IMG/VR virus record: IMGVR_UViG_3300033512_000306
Span: 1-27,320 of that record
Source: a virus
Taxonomy: Duplodnaviria > Caudoviricetes
DNA length: 27,320 nt
Direction: 5' to 3' (one strand)
The position numbers were made by a program, and so were the translations under genes. The notes under the pieces were generated by a model. It was not told the DNA's origin. It saw only the letters and a program-made list of their open reading frames with translations, and did no database searches. How positions within the stretch are numbered: the first letter of the stretch is position 1; each line of letters opens with the position of its first letter. This document shows, in pieces, positions 15,888 through 24,438 of this stretch.

Positions 15888-16746
15888 GAAGATCATCATC
15901 GACGGTAACAATGTGTGTCATATCGTCAATCATTCGATGGGACATTTGTCCAATGATGAAAGAAGTACAGGAGTCATATTTGGATTTATGAAACAATTAC
16001 TCCATTTATCGAATAAGTTTCAAACCAATGATTTCATCTTTTGTTGGGATTCAAGGAAATCATTAAGAAAGAATATCTATCCAGAATATAAATCCAATCG
16101 AAAAAAAGAAAATATAACTCCTGAAGAAGAAACTCACAAACAAAACTTGTTTGATCAAATAAGTGAATTGCGAAGAACGATACTTCCTGCATTAGGATTC
16201 AATAATAACTTCATCAAAACAGGATATGAAGCTGACGATCTTATTGCTTATATCGTACTCAATAATTTTCATGAAGAATTTACAATCGTGAGTACCGATC
16301 AGGATTTATATCAAGTCCTGAGTGACAATGTGAGGATTTACAATACCATAACAAAATCATATTTTACCAAGCAGGATTTTGAAGATAAATTTCAGTTGCA
16401 TCCAACTCATTTCAAAGAAATGAAAGCTATTTCAGGATGTACTTCAGATTGGATCAAAGGTATTAATGGTATTGGAGAAGCTACAGCAGCCAAGTATATT
16501 CGGAACGATAAAGTTTCCTCTAAATTAATAGACAAAATCCATGAAAATGGGGATATTATTGAACGAAATCGCATATTGACATATCTTCCTTTTAGTCAAG
16601 GAAAAGGTCACATGGTCGATTTAGGAATCAAATTGAAAAAGAATCAATTAAAGTTGTCTAAATTCAAAAATTTATTCAATCAGATGGCATTTACTTCCTT
16701 TCTCAAGGATATGTCTGGTTGGGAAAGGAACTTTATAAAATGCTAA
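15880..16746 (+). CDS. 5'-3' exonuclease / flap endonuclease (T5 D15 / T4 RNase H family)
   Basis: IIDGNN, FCWDS, YPEYKSNR, GYEADDLIA, STDQDLYQ, GCTSDWIKGINGIGEATA (H3TH). Confidence 0.92.
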   Translation: MSKKIIIDGNNVCHIVNHSMGHLSNDERSTGVIFGFMKQLLHLSNKFQTNDFIFCWDSRKSLRKNIYPEYKSNRKKENITPEEETHKQNLFDQISELRRTILPALGFNNNFIKTGYEADDLIAYIVLNNFHEEFTIVSTDQDLYQVLSDNVRIYNTITKSYFTKQDFEDKFQLHPTHFKEMKAISGCTSDWIKGINGIGEATAAKYIRNDKVSSKLIDKIHENGDIIERNRILTYLPFSQGKGHMVDLGIKLKKNQLKLSKFKNLFNQMAFTSFLKDMSGWERNFIKC

Positions 16747-16949
16747 ATGGAGCGTGTCTTAATCCGAATGATGATTTGAATCCCTGGATATTATTGACTC
16801 TCACATGGTTCAATACTCAGGTTAAACCTACGGTTGAGTTTGATGGAGCATTACCCTCAAATGATATAGGATGGATAGATGAAATTGAAAAAGTCCCAAG
16901 AGAAGGTATGTATAAAAAAACGCATATCAGTACAGGCAGCGAAATCTAA
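16740..16949 (+). CDS. Possible small hypothetical protein
   Basis: Fills gap after exonuclease, AAAGGA upstream of ATG 16740, but overlaps next gene by ~70 nt. Confidence 0.35.
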   Translation: MLNGACLNPNDDLNPWILLTLTWFNTQVKPTVEFDGALPSNDIGWIDEIEKVPREGMYKKTHISTGSEI

Positions 16950-17313
16950 AGGAAGAAACCTTCAGAAACTTGTTGCCAAGAAGATTTCTGAACTTCTTAA
17001 TGAACCATTTGGTCCAGATGAGGATATTGCATCCAGACCAATGGGTCAATCAGGATGTGATATTCGGCTAAGTCCAAGAGTAAGGAAGTTATTTCCTTAC
17101 TCAGTAGAATGTAAATGTCAGGAAAGATTCAATGTTGTTGAGGCTTTGAAACAAGCAATCGAAAACAAGATGGAAGGAACTGAATGGTTATTGGTATATA
17201 CCAAGAACAGATTTCCTACTATCGTGAGTATCGACATTAATCACTTCTTTGACTTATTGAAAAGGATTAAAGATGCTGAAAAAGATAAAAATAAAAGACT
17301 TTCGAAGTCATGA
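16879..17313 (+). CDS. Holliday junction resolvase, PD-(D/E)xK (Hjc-like)
   Basis: AKSKGRNLQ, MGQSGCDI, YSVECK. Confidence 0.8.
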   Translation: MKLKKSQEKVCIKKRISVQAAKSKGRNLQKLVAKKISELLNEPFGPDEDIASRPMGQSGCDIRLSPRVRKLFPYSVECKCQERFNVVEALKQAIENKMEGTEWLLVYTKNRFPTIVSIDINHFFDLLKRIKDAEKDKNKRLSKS

Positions 17314-18352
17314 GAATGTGGAACTTGAATTCCATCCTGGAGTAAATGTCATATACGGTCTTGGTCAATCAGGAAAGACTAACATCCTGAGGGCAATAAA
17401 TTGGGTTGTGAATAACAGACCATCAGGATTCAATATGCATTCTCATTTTTCAGATGATGATTCAACCATGGTTGAGCTAACTCTTGATAATGGGGTTGTG
17501 AAGCTCACCAAAACATCGAAATTAACGACATATCTATTGAACAGCGATGCTAAATTTGCCTATACAGGCAAGAGTGTACCCGAACCTATTACCAAACTTT
17601 TAAACATCAATGAGATCAATATTAGCAATCAACTTGACGCACCATTTCTAATTACCGATTCTCCGGGTGAAGTCGGTAAAGTGATCAACCGGATCACAAA
17701 GATTGAACAGGTGGATAATTGGATCGGAAAATTAACCACAATGTCCAATACATCCAAGACCCAGATTGCCTCCTTAGAATCAGATATCCAGACTTTGAAT
17801 TCTGATCTTTTGAAATACGAAGGATTAGATGAATTTGAACTCATGATTAAGTTTCTGGATAAAGTTGAAAGAGTAATGGAAAGGAAAAGGATTTCACTTG
17901 ATGATGTCAAACTGAAGCTGAAAAAATGGAATGATCTACAGGAATACATTAGAAAATTAGATATTGAAGCTATAGACTCCTTATTTCTTACTTTAACAGA
18001 TATCAGGACTAAATTGGAATTGAGTAATTCAGAAATAACTCCTTTAAAGGATAAAGTTGAATCAGCTAAGGAACTGACTATCAAGATTGAAATCTTGAAA
18101 AGACTTCTTCATAATGCTGATAAAGAATTAAAAGAACTGGACTCCTTAGAATTCAAAATCCAAGCTCTGAAAGCGGATAAGGATATTCTATTAGAATATG
18201 TGCTGAGACAAAAAGAAGTCAATGCCATAAATAAAAATCTAAATAGAAGGAAAAAGGAATACTTTGGTTTACTCACACAACTCAAAACCTGTCCCATTTG
18301 TGGAAACACCTTAACCAAAGATCATTTAAAGGACTTGGAGAAAGCATTATGA
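17273..18352 (+). CDS. SbcC/Rad50-like ATPase, N-terminal half (Walker A, coiled coil, Zn hook)
   Basis: IKIKDFRSH, GVNVIYGLGQSGKTNILRAI, Q-loop ISNQLD, coiled coil, ends TCPICG; no signature/Walker B. Confidence 0.88.
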   Translation: MLKKIKIKDFRSHENVELEFHPGVNVIYGLGQSGKTNILRAINWVVNNRPSGFNMHSHFSDDDSTMVELTLDNGVVKLTKTSKLTTYLLNSDAKFAYTGKSVPEPITKLLNINEINISNQLDAPFLITDSPGEVGKVINRITKIEQVDNWIGKLTTMSNTSKTQIASLESDIQTLNSDLLKYEGLDEFELMIKFLDKVERVMERKRISLDDVKLKLKKWNDLQEYIRKLDIEAIDSLFLTLTDIRTKLELSNSEITPLKDKVESAKELTIKIEILKRLLHNADKELKELDSLEFKIQALKADKDILLEYVLRQKEVNAINKNLNRRKKEYFGLLTQLKTCPICGNTLTKDHLKDLEKAL

Positions 18353-19272
18353 AAATAGCTCTGATCAGCGATGTCCATCTTTTAGGAAGAACTCCTATGA
18401 ATAGAATGGACAACATCCTGGACTATCAATGGGATAAATTAGATTTCATCCTAAGAACTTGTTATGATCGTGGAGTGTGCCATGTCATGCAAGCAGGGGA
18501 CTTATTCGATGTTCCAAGGAATTGGGATACTCTGAATAAAACAATCCAAGTATTTAAGAATTACAATGATGATATCTATATTGGTTCTGTATTTGGTCAG
18601 CATGACACATACATGAGGAACAATCATGTCATTACGAACAAAGTTCTTTTGAATCAACTTGATCTATTACTTGTTCCGGATGAAAATCATATCCTTTATG
18701 AAAATGAGGAAGTCAAAGTATTTGGTATCAATTTTGAGGATAATCTGAATATTGCTGATCTAATTGACACATTTGAATTCACATATAATAGAAAACATGC
18801 TTTAGTCATACATGCTCCTATATCTGACACTCCTGCATTTCAAGGACATGAATTTCTCAATGCCACATTGCTATTAAAGAAACTCAAAAGTTTTGATTTA
18901 ATCCTTTGTGGAGACATTCATAAGAAATTCAAAATTCAAATGAATGGCAGATGGATTGTCAACACAGGATGTATTATCAGGAAGAACAACGATGAATACA
19001 ATCAGGATTATAAACCTTGTTTCTTCATTTGGGATACAGACAAAAGGACTGTTGATGAGGTTCAAATTCCTCATAATCCATCCGCTACAATTTTCAACTA
19101 TGGAGAAACAGTTGACACTAAGAATGTCCTGAATGATTTTATCAACTCCATCATTGTTCCTGCTGAAGAATCGACTGACATTTACTCGGCTATCAAAAAA
19201 TTCATCAAGGATAATAATATTCATCCTGCTATCGAAAATCTTATATCGGAGGTAATGATTCATGAAGGATAA
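18349..19272 (+). CDS. SbcD/Mre11-like metallophosphoesterase nuclease
   Basis: ISDVHL, QAGDLFD, FGQHD, VIHA, CGDIHK, NTGCIIR; ATG 18349 overlaps upstream TGA. Confidence 0.9.
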   Translation: MKIALISDVHLLGRTPMNRMDNILDYQWDKLDFILRTCYDRGVCHVMQAGDLFDVPRNWDTLNKTIQVFKNYNDDIYIGSVFGQHDTYMRNNHVITNKVLLNQLDLLLVPDENHILYENEEVKVFGINFEDNLNIADLIDTFEFTYNRKHALVIHAPISDTPAFQGHEFLNATLLLKKLKSFDLILCGDIHKKFKIQMNGRWIVNTGCIIRKNNDEYNQDYKPCFFIWDTDKRTVDEVQIPHNPSATIFNYGETVDTKNVLNDFINSIIVPAEESTDIYSAIKKFIKDNNIHPAIENLISEVMIHEG

Positions 19273-19507
19273 TGAAAGATTGATATTGCTCAAGGAAACT
19301 TATGATTCCTATAAAGTGGAATTGAAAGTAGCTGAAAAAGAACTGGCAAACATTGTCAAAACTCTCAAGGAAAATTATGACATCGAATCCATAGAAGATG
19401 CCGAACAGTACATTCAGGATATGCAAAGAGATATTGATATTCTGTTTGTGAAGCAGAATAAGAAGATCAAACAGATCGAAACCAGACTGGCTAACTATAG
19501 GAGCTAA
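19262..19507 (+). CDS. Small coiled-coil protein
   Basis: GGAGG RBS; heptad-rich 81 aa. Confidence 0.7.
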   Translation: MKDNERLILLKETYDSYKVELKVAEKELANIVKTLKENYDIESIEDAEQYIQDMQRDIDILFVKQNKKIKQIETRLANYRS

Positions 19508-19511
19508 AATT

Positions 19512-19931
19512 ATGGAATGCTTAATTGATAATGAAGGAGAATATGAAGGATATTTTGATTCTTTCGAGAACAAATTAACTACATCCTTGGAAGCTCATGT
19601 ATGTGGTGAATGTGGGGATACCATTCATCCAGGAGTTGAGTTTTGGAAAGCAATAGGCACTTACGATGTTGAGGATGATAATTCAGAAGATATTGTCAAA
19701 GAAGATTGTGTTTATGAAACTTGTCAAATTTGTGAAGGATTGAGAAGATTTCTTTGTGATAAAGTATATGGTTCTTTGTATGAGGATATTAATAACGGTA
19801 TAATGTATTCTGATGATCCTTTTGAAATTGAAAACACAATTCTTACGAGTGTCAACTACACAGAACTTCAATGGCTATTGAGATTTGATGTCCTTAATCT
19901 GGATAATGATATGGATAATGATGAGGATTAA
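19512..19931 (+). CDS. Hypothetical acidic Zn-finger protein
   Basis: HVCGECGDTIHPG...TCQIC. Confidence 0.7.
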   Translation: MECLIDNEGEYEGYFDSFENKLTTSLEAHVCGECGDTIHPGVEFWKAIGTYDVEDDNSEDIVKEDCVYETCQICEGLRRFLCDKVYGSLYEDINNGIMYSDDPFEIENTILTSVNYTELQWLLRFDVLNLDNDMDNDED

Positions 19932-19932
19932 T

Positions 19933-20532
19933 ATGAGATACCATGATGAATTAATCGCATTAAAGACACAAAAATCAGTTCTTGAAGGTCAAATACAAAC
20001 CCGGACTGAATCTCTTGAATCCATCAAGCAAAAATATGCTGATCAAATAAGGGCTAAATGGGTGTTAGTCGAAGTATCGAAGAAAACTCAAGAGAACTTA
20101 AAGAAAAACATTGAAAAACTTGTGAACTTATGCTTAAATGAAGTCTTTCCAGATCGGAATTTCAACTTCAAAGCTGAGTTCCAGATTAAACGTAATAAAA
20201 TGGAATGTGAATTCCTGGTTGAAGTGGATGGACATGAGTATTCTCCTAAAGATGATATGGGAGGAAGTATCTTGGACATCATCTCATTTGCTTTGAGGAT
20301 AATTTTGTGGAGTCTTGAAAATCCAAAAAGCAGGAATGTAATCATCATGGATGAACCATTCCGATTCTCAGGAAGATTAATCACAAAAGCTGTGACAATG
20401 GTTAAGGAGCTAAGTGATAAATTAGGAATTCAATTCATCATAAATACGCATAGTGACGAACTTATTGACATTGCAGATAGGAGTTGGCAAGTTCTAAACG
20501 TAAAAGGACAATCCATAGTGGAGCAGACATGA
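19933..20532 (+). CDS. SbcC/Rad50-like ATPase, C-terminal half (signature, Walker B, H-loop)
   Basis: Short coiled coil then DMGGSILDIISFALR (signature), IIMDEPF (Walker B), INTHS (H-loop); ATG 19933 after GAGG. Confidence 0.88.
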   Translation: MRYHDELIALKTQKSVLEGQIQTRTESLESIKQKYADQIRAKWVLVEVSKKTQENLKKNIEKLVNLCLNEVFPDRNFNFKAEFQIKRNKMECEFLVEVDGHEYSPKDDMGGSILDIISFALRIILWSLENPKSRNVIIMDEPFRFSGRLITKAVTMVKELSDKLGIQFIINTHSDELIDIADRSWQVLNVKGQSIVEQT

Positions 20533-20807
20533 GAAAAGTAGAGATCGTGAGAAAGATAGCTGAAGGATTAGGAATTTCAAAGCGAACTGCTGAATACTAT
20601 ACATCCTTCATTCTTGATCTTATTGTAATGGAAGCTGAAAGAACAGGAAAAGTAAAGATCGATTCTCATGTATTCTATAAAAGAACTATATCAGGAAGAA
20701 CTTGGACTGATATGCTTCACAATGTCCAAAGGACAACTCCTACTGTGCATTTAGTTTCTTATCGGAATACAATAAAGTTTAGAAAACCAAGGAATAAAAA
20801 TGGCTGA
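20529..20807 (+). CDS. HU/IHF-like DNA-binding protein (divergent)
   Basis: MRKVEIVRKIAEGLGISKRTAE...GKVKIDSHVF matches HU helix1-helix2-strand layout; arm motif RNP absent. Confidence 0.65.
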   Translation: MRKVEIVRKIAEGLGISKRTAEYYTSFILDLIVMEAERTGKVKIDSHVFYKRTISGRTWTDMLHNVQRTTPTVHLVSYRNTIKFRKPRNKNG

Positions 20808-21003
20808 ATATTGGTCAACTGGTGACGAAATTAGATTCCTCCGAACTACAATTCCTCCTTTTGGTTTGACAAGACATGAATTCTTGTCAAACTACAAGGA
20901 AGCTATCAAGTTCAGAGAAGATTGGGATGTAATAAATAAGGAAGAAATTGAAGCATTTTTAACCAAAGAGATTGAAAAGGAGATTGAAAATGGCGGGAAT
21001 TAG
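20800..21003 (+). CDS. Hypothetical protein
   Basis: AAGGA RBS, operon packing. Confidence 0.6.
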   Translation: MAEYWSTGDEIRFLRTTIPPFGLTRHEFLSNYKEAIKFREDWDVINKEEIEAFLTKEIEKEIENGGN

Positions 21004-21307
21004 TGACGTAGCAAGTAAATTGGCACAGGAATACAATATTACCGTAGCATCCGCAAAGACTATGATCGTGACAGTCATGGACGTGATTGTGGACTTAGCA
21101 AAAACTGAACGAACCAAAGTGGGAAACCATGTATTCAAACCGTATGTGACTAAGGCTCGGAATGGCAGAAACCCCAAAACAGGGGAACCCCTGATCATTC
21201 CGGAGAAAAAAGGAGTGAAGTATAAATTCATCGGAGACAAGAAAATTGAAAAAGTTGCTCCGACTCCTGCAGGAAAGTCACCAAAAAAGTCTCAAAAGAA
21301 AAAATAA
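20990..21307 (+). CDS. HU-like DNA-binding protein with basic tail
   Basis: ARNGRNPKTGEPLIIP arm motif; AAGGAG RBS before ATG 20990. Confidence 0.85.
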   Translation: MAGISDVASKLAQEYNITVASAKTMIVTVMDVIVDLAKTERTKVGNHVFKPYVTKARNGRNPKTGEPLIIPEKKGVKYKFIGDKKIEKVAPTPAGKSPKKSQKKK

Positions 21308-21321
21308 CTGATTGACTTATT

Positions 21322-21347
21322 GCTCCTGGGAGTAAGACCCCAGGAGC
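21322..21347 (+). terminator. GC-rich hairpin after HU gene (no U-tract; terminator or mRNA-stabilising stem)
   Basis: GCTCCTGGG-AGTAAGAC-CCCAGGAGC. Confidence 0.45.
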
Positions 21348-21362
21348 TACAAAGGAGAAGTT

Positions 21363-21830
21363 ATGTCCAAAGCCTTCCGTAATACCATCGCCTCAATCGC
21401 CGCCTTCGAAGGATTCGCCAACATGCTTTGTGATTTATCCAAAGGTGATCCTAAATTCCTTGAACTGCAAAACGAAATTAGAAAAACATCCAAACATGCT
21501 CAATCCTTTTGCAAAGGAGCACTCACCATGCCTGAATACAAAAAGATTGAGAAAGTAATCTTTGACAATGCTAAAGAATTTTCTGTCAATGATAAACTGA
21601 TGGATGTGATTGGATTCCTTTCTTTTGCCATGATAGGATTAGATAATCTTACAAACACCTTTAAGTCGGTGAAAAAGAATATTAATCAGGATAAGATCAA
21701 GGCATTTCAAAAACTATCAGGATTAGGATTTCAAATGCTTCAAATATTTGATCCAAATATGGACAACATGGATAAATATGATCATGCCAAAGATGCCCGA
21801 CAAAAATGGGAAGCAATCTTTGAATCTTAA
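21363..21830 (+). CDS. Hypothetical helical protein
   Basis: AAGGAG RBS. Confidence 0.75.
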   Translation: MSKAFRNTIASIAAFEGFANMLCDLSKGDPKFLELQNEIRKTSKHAQSFCKGALTMPEYKKIEKVIFDNAKEFSVNDKLMDVIGFLSFAMIGLDNLTNTFKSVKKNINQDKIKAFQKLSGLGFQMLQIFDPNMDNMDKYDHAKDARQKWEAIFES

Positions 21831-22026
21831 TGTGCTTTCTATTCAACACAGTAATTCCCTTGTAAATATGTCTCAGGAAGAAGTTGCCAAGGAATTTAAT
21901 GTTTCCAGGCAATATATTCAACAATTAGAAAAACGAGCATTACAGAAATTCAAGATCAGATTTTGTGCTCTATATCCTGACACATGGAAATTAATAAGAG
22001 ATGATATCGGAAGGGGACATTTCTGA
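21820..22026 (+). CDS. Stand-alone sigma70 region-4-like HTH protein (start uncertain: TTG 21820 or ATG 21868)
   Basis: MSQEEVAKEFNVSRQYIQQLEKRALQKF resembles TLEEVG..F.VTRERIRQIEAKALRKL. Confidence 0.75.
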   Translation: MNLNVLSIQHSNSLVNMSQEEVAKEFNVSRQYIQQLEKRALQKFKIRFCALYPDTWKLIRDDIGRGHF

Positions 22027-22208
22027 TGGAAGAAAAGGAAATCTGCACCTGTTGTAAAATAAGAAAAGTTCAAGGATATTGTATCATAAATGGTGTAAAA
22101 CATAATTTATCCCACACATGCAGATATTGTTTTATGAGAAATCCTGAAGATAGGCAATTAGGTAAACGAAATCGATCAAATGATTATTACAGACATCATG
22201 AGGAATAA
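22026..22208 (+). CDS. Small Cys-rich protein
   Basis: CTCC...CRYC; TGATG coupling. Confidence 0.55.
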   Translation: MEEKEICTCCKIRKVQGYCIINGVKHNLSHTCRYCFMRNPEDRQLGKRNRSNDYYRHHEE

Positions 22209-22211
22209 AAT

Positions 22212-22526
22212 ATGACTTTCATAATATTGGTCACATCTATTGTGATTGTAAACACATTATTCATGACATGGTTTATCAAGCAATATTTCAAGCATCAATT
22301 GGATAAAAAGGTACTGGATATTGGGATGTATTCCAGGATGTATTTTTCCATAGAGGAAGCCATGATTTGTGTTGAATGTGATTGTGTATTTTCGAAACAT
22401 TTTCAAGAATGTCCTGTTTGTGGTAATGCACAGAATTTATATTTGAACTGTGCTCTTGATCCTGTCATGCAATATCAACAACAGTTAAAGCTCCATAAAA
22501 TCATTTCACAGGAGGCTTATGTATGA
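22212..22526 (+). CDS. Membrane-anchored Zn-ribbon protein
   Basis: N-terminal hydrophobic helix; CVEC...CPVC. Confidence 0.65.
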   Translation: MTFIILVTSIVIVNTLFMTWFIKQYFKHQLDKKVLDIGMYSRMYFSIEEAMICVECDCVFSKHFQECPVCGNAQNLYLNCALDPVMQYQQQLKLHKIISQEAYV

Positions 22527-23101
22527 AAGTCACAGTTGCCAAAGAAGCAGGAAACTATGAGGCATTGGTAGGAATAGGATTATCCTATGGCATTACTTCT
22601 GACTATGACTGGAACAATGATCTTGGTTTGGAGAAATATAGCTCCTTACAGAAAATAGGATATAAATTAGCTCCTCAAAATCATGGTCATAACAAGTTCC
22701 TGGAATCCGTTATCCTGTGGTTGGATATTGATGCCCCAAGGTATTGGTGGCAGGAGTTTGATACCTATCGTGTAGGAGTTACGAAGCAGAGTGAATCAAC
22801 TATCCACACAATCCTGCATAGGCATTTGGTACAGGAAGATTTTCAAAAAGTTATTGATCCTGTAACTTTAGGAAAACTCAATTACTATATTGACATCAAG
22901 GATTTTGACACTCTCAAAAATGAATTACCAGAAGGATTTTTACAAAGGAGGATAGTATGTACGAATTATAAAGCACTCAGACATATTTTTCGTCAAAGAA
23001 GGAAACACAAACTTCTTGAATGGCAAATCTTTATCGCACAAGTTTATAACAAATGCGAGAATCCTGGATATCTTGAGGACATAATGGGAGGAATGATATG
23101 A
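22523..23101 (+). CDS. ThyX-like (flavin-dependent thymidylate synthase fold) protein, divergent
   Basis: HGHNKFLE, DIDAPRYWWQEFDTYR...QSEST, LPEGF..R...TNYKALRHIFRQR..H.L.EW. Confidence 0.65.
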   Translation: MKVTVAKEAGNYEALVGIGLSYGITSDYDWNNDLGLEKYSSLQKIGYKLAPQNHGHNKFLESVILWLDIDAPRYWWQEFDTYRVGVTKQSESTIHTILHRHLVQEDFQKVIDPVTLGKLNYYIDIKDFDTLKNELPEGFLQRRIVCTNYKALRHIFRQRRKHKLLEWQIFIAQVYNKCENPGYLEDIMGGMI

Positions 23102-23526
23102 ATATTGGTACGGATTATACTGACAATCCTGAATGGATTAAGCCCCCATCAAAGGAATATATAACCTTCAAATTCCGGCATTATCGGGATGAGAACAACA
23201 AACCATTTGCAACTACCTGCATATTTGTAAATGATGAAAATGTAGTTGTGGCCCTGGGAATTGCTCTGTGTAGTGCTAAGGATAATTTCAGTAGGAATAT
23301 TGGACGAACCATTTCTTTTCAAAGAGGGATGAAAGCCTGGGTATCCAAACGAAATCATTATCCTATTAAGGAACGAGAATGCAAAGTTATTCAGAAATGG
23401 GATAGTCTTGTGACTCAAAAAACTACTGACTATATTGGCACAGGATATAAGGCAGCTTATTTAAAAAACAATGGTGAAACTTTCGATTCATTCAAACTGG
23501 AAAACAGGAGACAATATGGATTTTAA
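23098..23526 (+). CDS. Hypothetical phage protein (GxAxCSxxDxFxxxxGR motif)
   Basis: GGAGG RBS, ATGA overlap. Confidence 0.7.
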   Translation: MNIGTDYTDNPEWIKPPSKEYITFKFRHYRDENNKPFATTCIFVNDENVVVALGIALCSAKDNFSRNIGRTISFQRGMKAWVSKRNHYPIKERECKVIQKWDSLVTQKTTDYIGTGYKAAYLKNNGETFDSFKLENRRQYGF

Positions 23527-23839
23527 TGATGTAGTCATAAACAGGATTAATTCAATTCAAAAAGTATTGGCCTTGAAAGCTGAGGAATATGCTTCCAACA
23601 AAAGTCGGTTTCATAACTTTGAAGTTGCTGGAAGAAAAGCAGGAACAACACCTGAGAAAGCCTTATTAGGCATGATGATGAAGCATGTTGTTGCTGTGGA
23701 TGATCTGGTTGATTGGATTGAGGAATGCCCTCATAAATTGACAAACGAGATCATTAATGAGAAAATAGGAGACAACATCAACTATTTGATCCTGTTGGAA
23801 GGGATGTTGTTGAATAGAGTTGAGAAAACTACAACGTAG
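23516..23839 (+). CDS. MazG-like/nucleotide-modification-associated (DUF1599-like) protein
   Basis: KAEEYA...FHNF, MMKH, EKIGDNINYLILL; AGGAG RBS before ATG 23516. Confidence 0.55.
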   Translation: MDFNDVVINRINSIQKVLALKAEEYASNKSRFHNFEVAGRKAGTTPEKALLGMMMKHVVAVDDLVDWIEECPHKLTNEIINEKIGDNINYLILLEGMLLNRVEKTTT

Positions 23840-23847
23840 GATGGATT

Positions 23848-24234
23848 ATGCGGATATTACTGCTGGTATTATTAACAATATCAATGGCAGAAGGAGGAGG
23901 ATTAGAGGACTACATAAGTAAAATAAACCCAAAGTTATCACCTAAGACAGTTCGTGAAGTGGCTTCAGGACTGAAAAAATATCCTAAAGCAATCTCCAGG
24001 ATTGCAGAACGTGAATCAACTTTCAATCCATCAGCAAAAGCAAAAGGTAATTGGGGACTGATGGGTGTGAATGTCAATGTCTGGTTTTCCTCTGATCCAG
24101 ACTATAATCTGATAAAATTGGGTATCCTAAAAACGAAACGAGAACTAATGACTGTGACTGGAAACTTGAAAGCTGGATTTTACATCTGGAATAAATGCCA
24201 TCGAAGCTATAGAAAATATCGTGGAATTCACTAA
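23848..24234 (+). CDS. Lytic transglycosylase (SLT-like) with N-terminal signal peptide
   Basis: MRILLLVLLTISMA signal; IAERESTFNPSA (catalytic Glu), WGLMGVN. Confidence 0.8.
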   Translation: MRILLLVLLTISMAEGGGLEDYISKINPKLSPKTVREVASGLKKYPKAISRIAERESTFNPSAKAKGNWGLMGVNVNVWFSSDPDYNLIKLGILKTKRELMTVTGNLKAGFYIWNKCHRSYRKYRGIH

Positions 24235-24262
24235 AAATAATCGAGTAGCGTAATGAAAAAAC

Positions 24263-24305
24263 AAAAGAGGCATAGTGGGGTATATCTCACTATGCCTCTT
24301 TTTTT
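24263..24305. terminator. Bidirectional intrinsic terminator at convergence of the two gene arms
   Basis: AAAAGAGGCATAGTGGGG-TATA-TCTCACTATGCCTCTTTT, A-run before and T-run after. Confidence 0.9.
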
Positions 24306-24336
24306 ATGCTCAAATTTTTGTGCTGTAAATGTAGGT

Positions 24337-24426
24337 TTATTTACCTTTCTTCGGAGGAAAGGGTTTTTCACCTTTTGCTGGAACAGGTTTGCCACCTTTG
24401 GTCGGTTTAGGAGCTGCTTTTGCCAT
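24337..24426 (-). CDS. 29-aa Lys/Pro/Gly-rich basic peptide, absent from ORF track
   Basis: MAKAAPKPTKGGKPVPAKGEKPFPPKKGK; AAAGGA RBS upstream; sits between upstream stop and terminator. Confidence 0.7.
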   Translation of the reverse strand: MAKAAPKPTKGGKPVPAKGEKPFPPKKGK

Positions 24427-24438
24427 TGTCTTGTCCTT

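Noticed and set aside
16141-16152. QNLF in the flap exonuclease as clamp-binding motif
   Set aside because: Lies in the internal helical-arch region of the family, not a terminal flexible segment
17273-20532. SMC-based defence system (Wadjet/Lamassu/Gabija)
   Set aside because: Zn hook plus Mre11-type nuclease in a phage recombination cluster indicates SbcCD/gp46-47; no kleisin, KITE or effector genes
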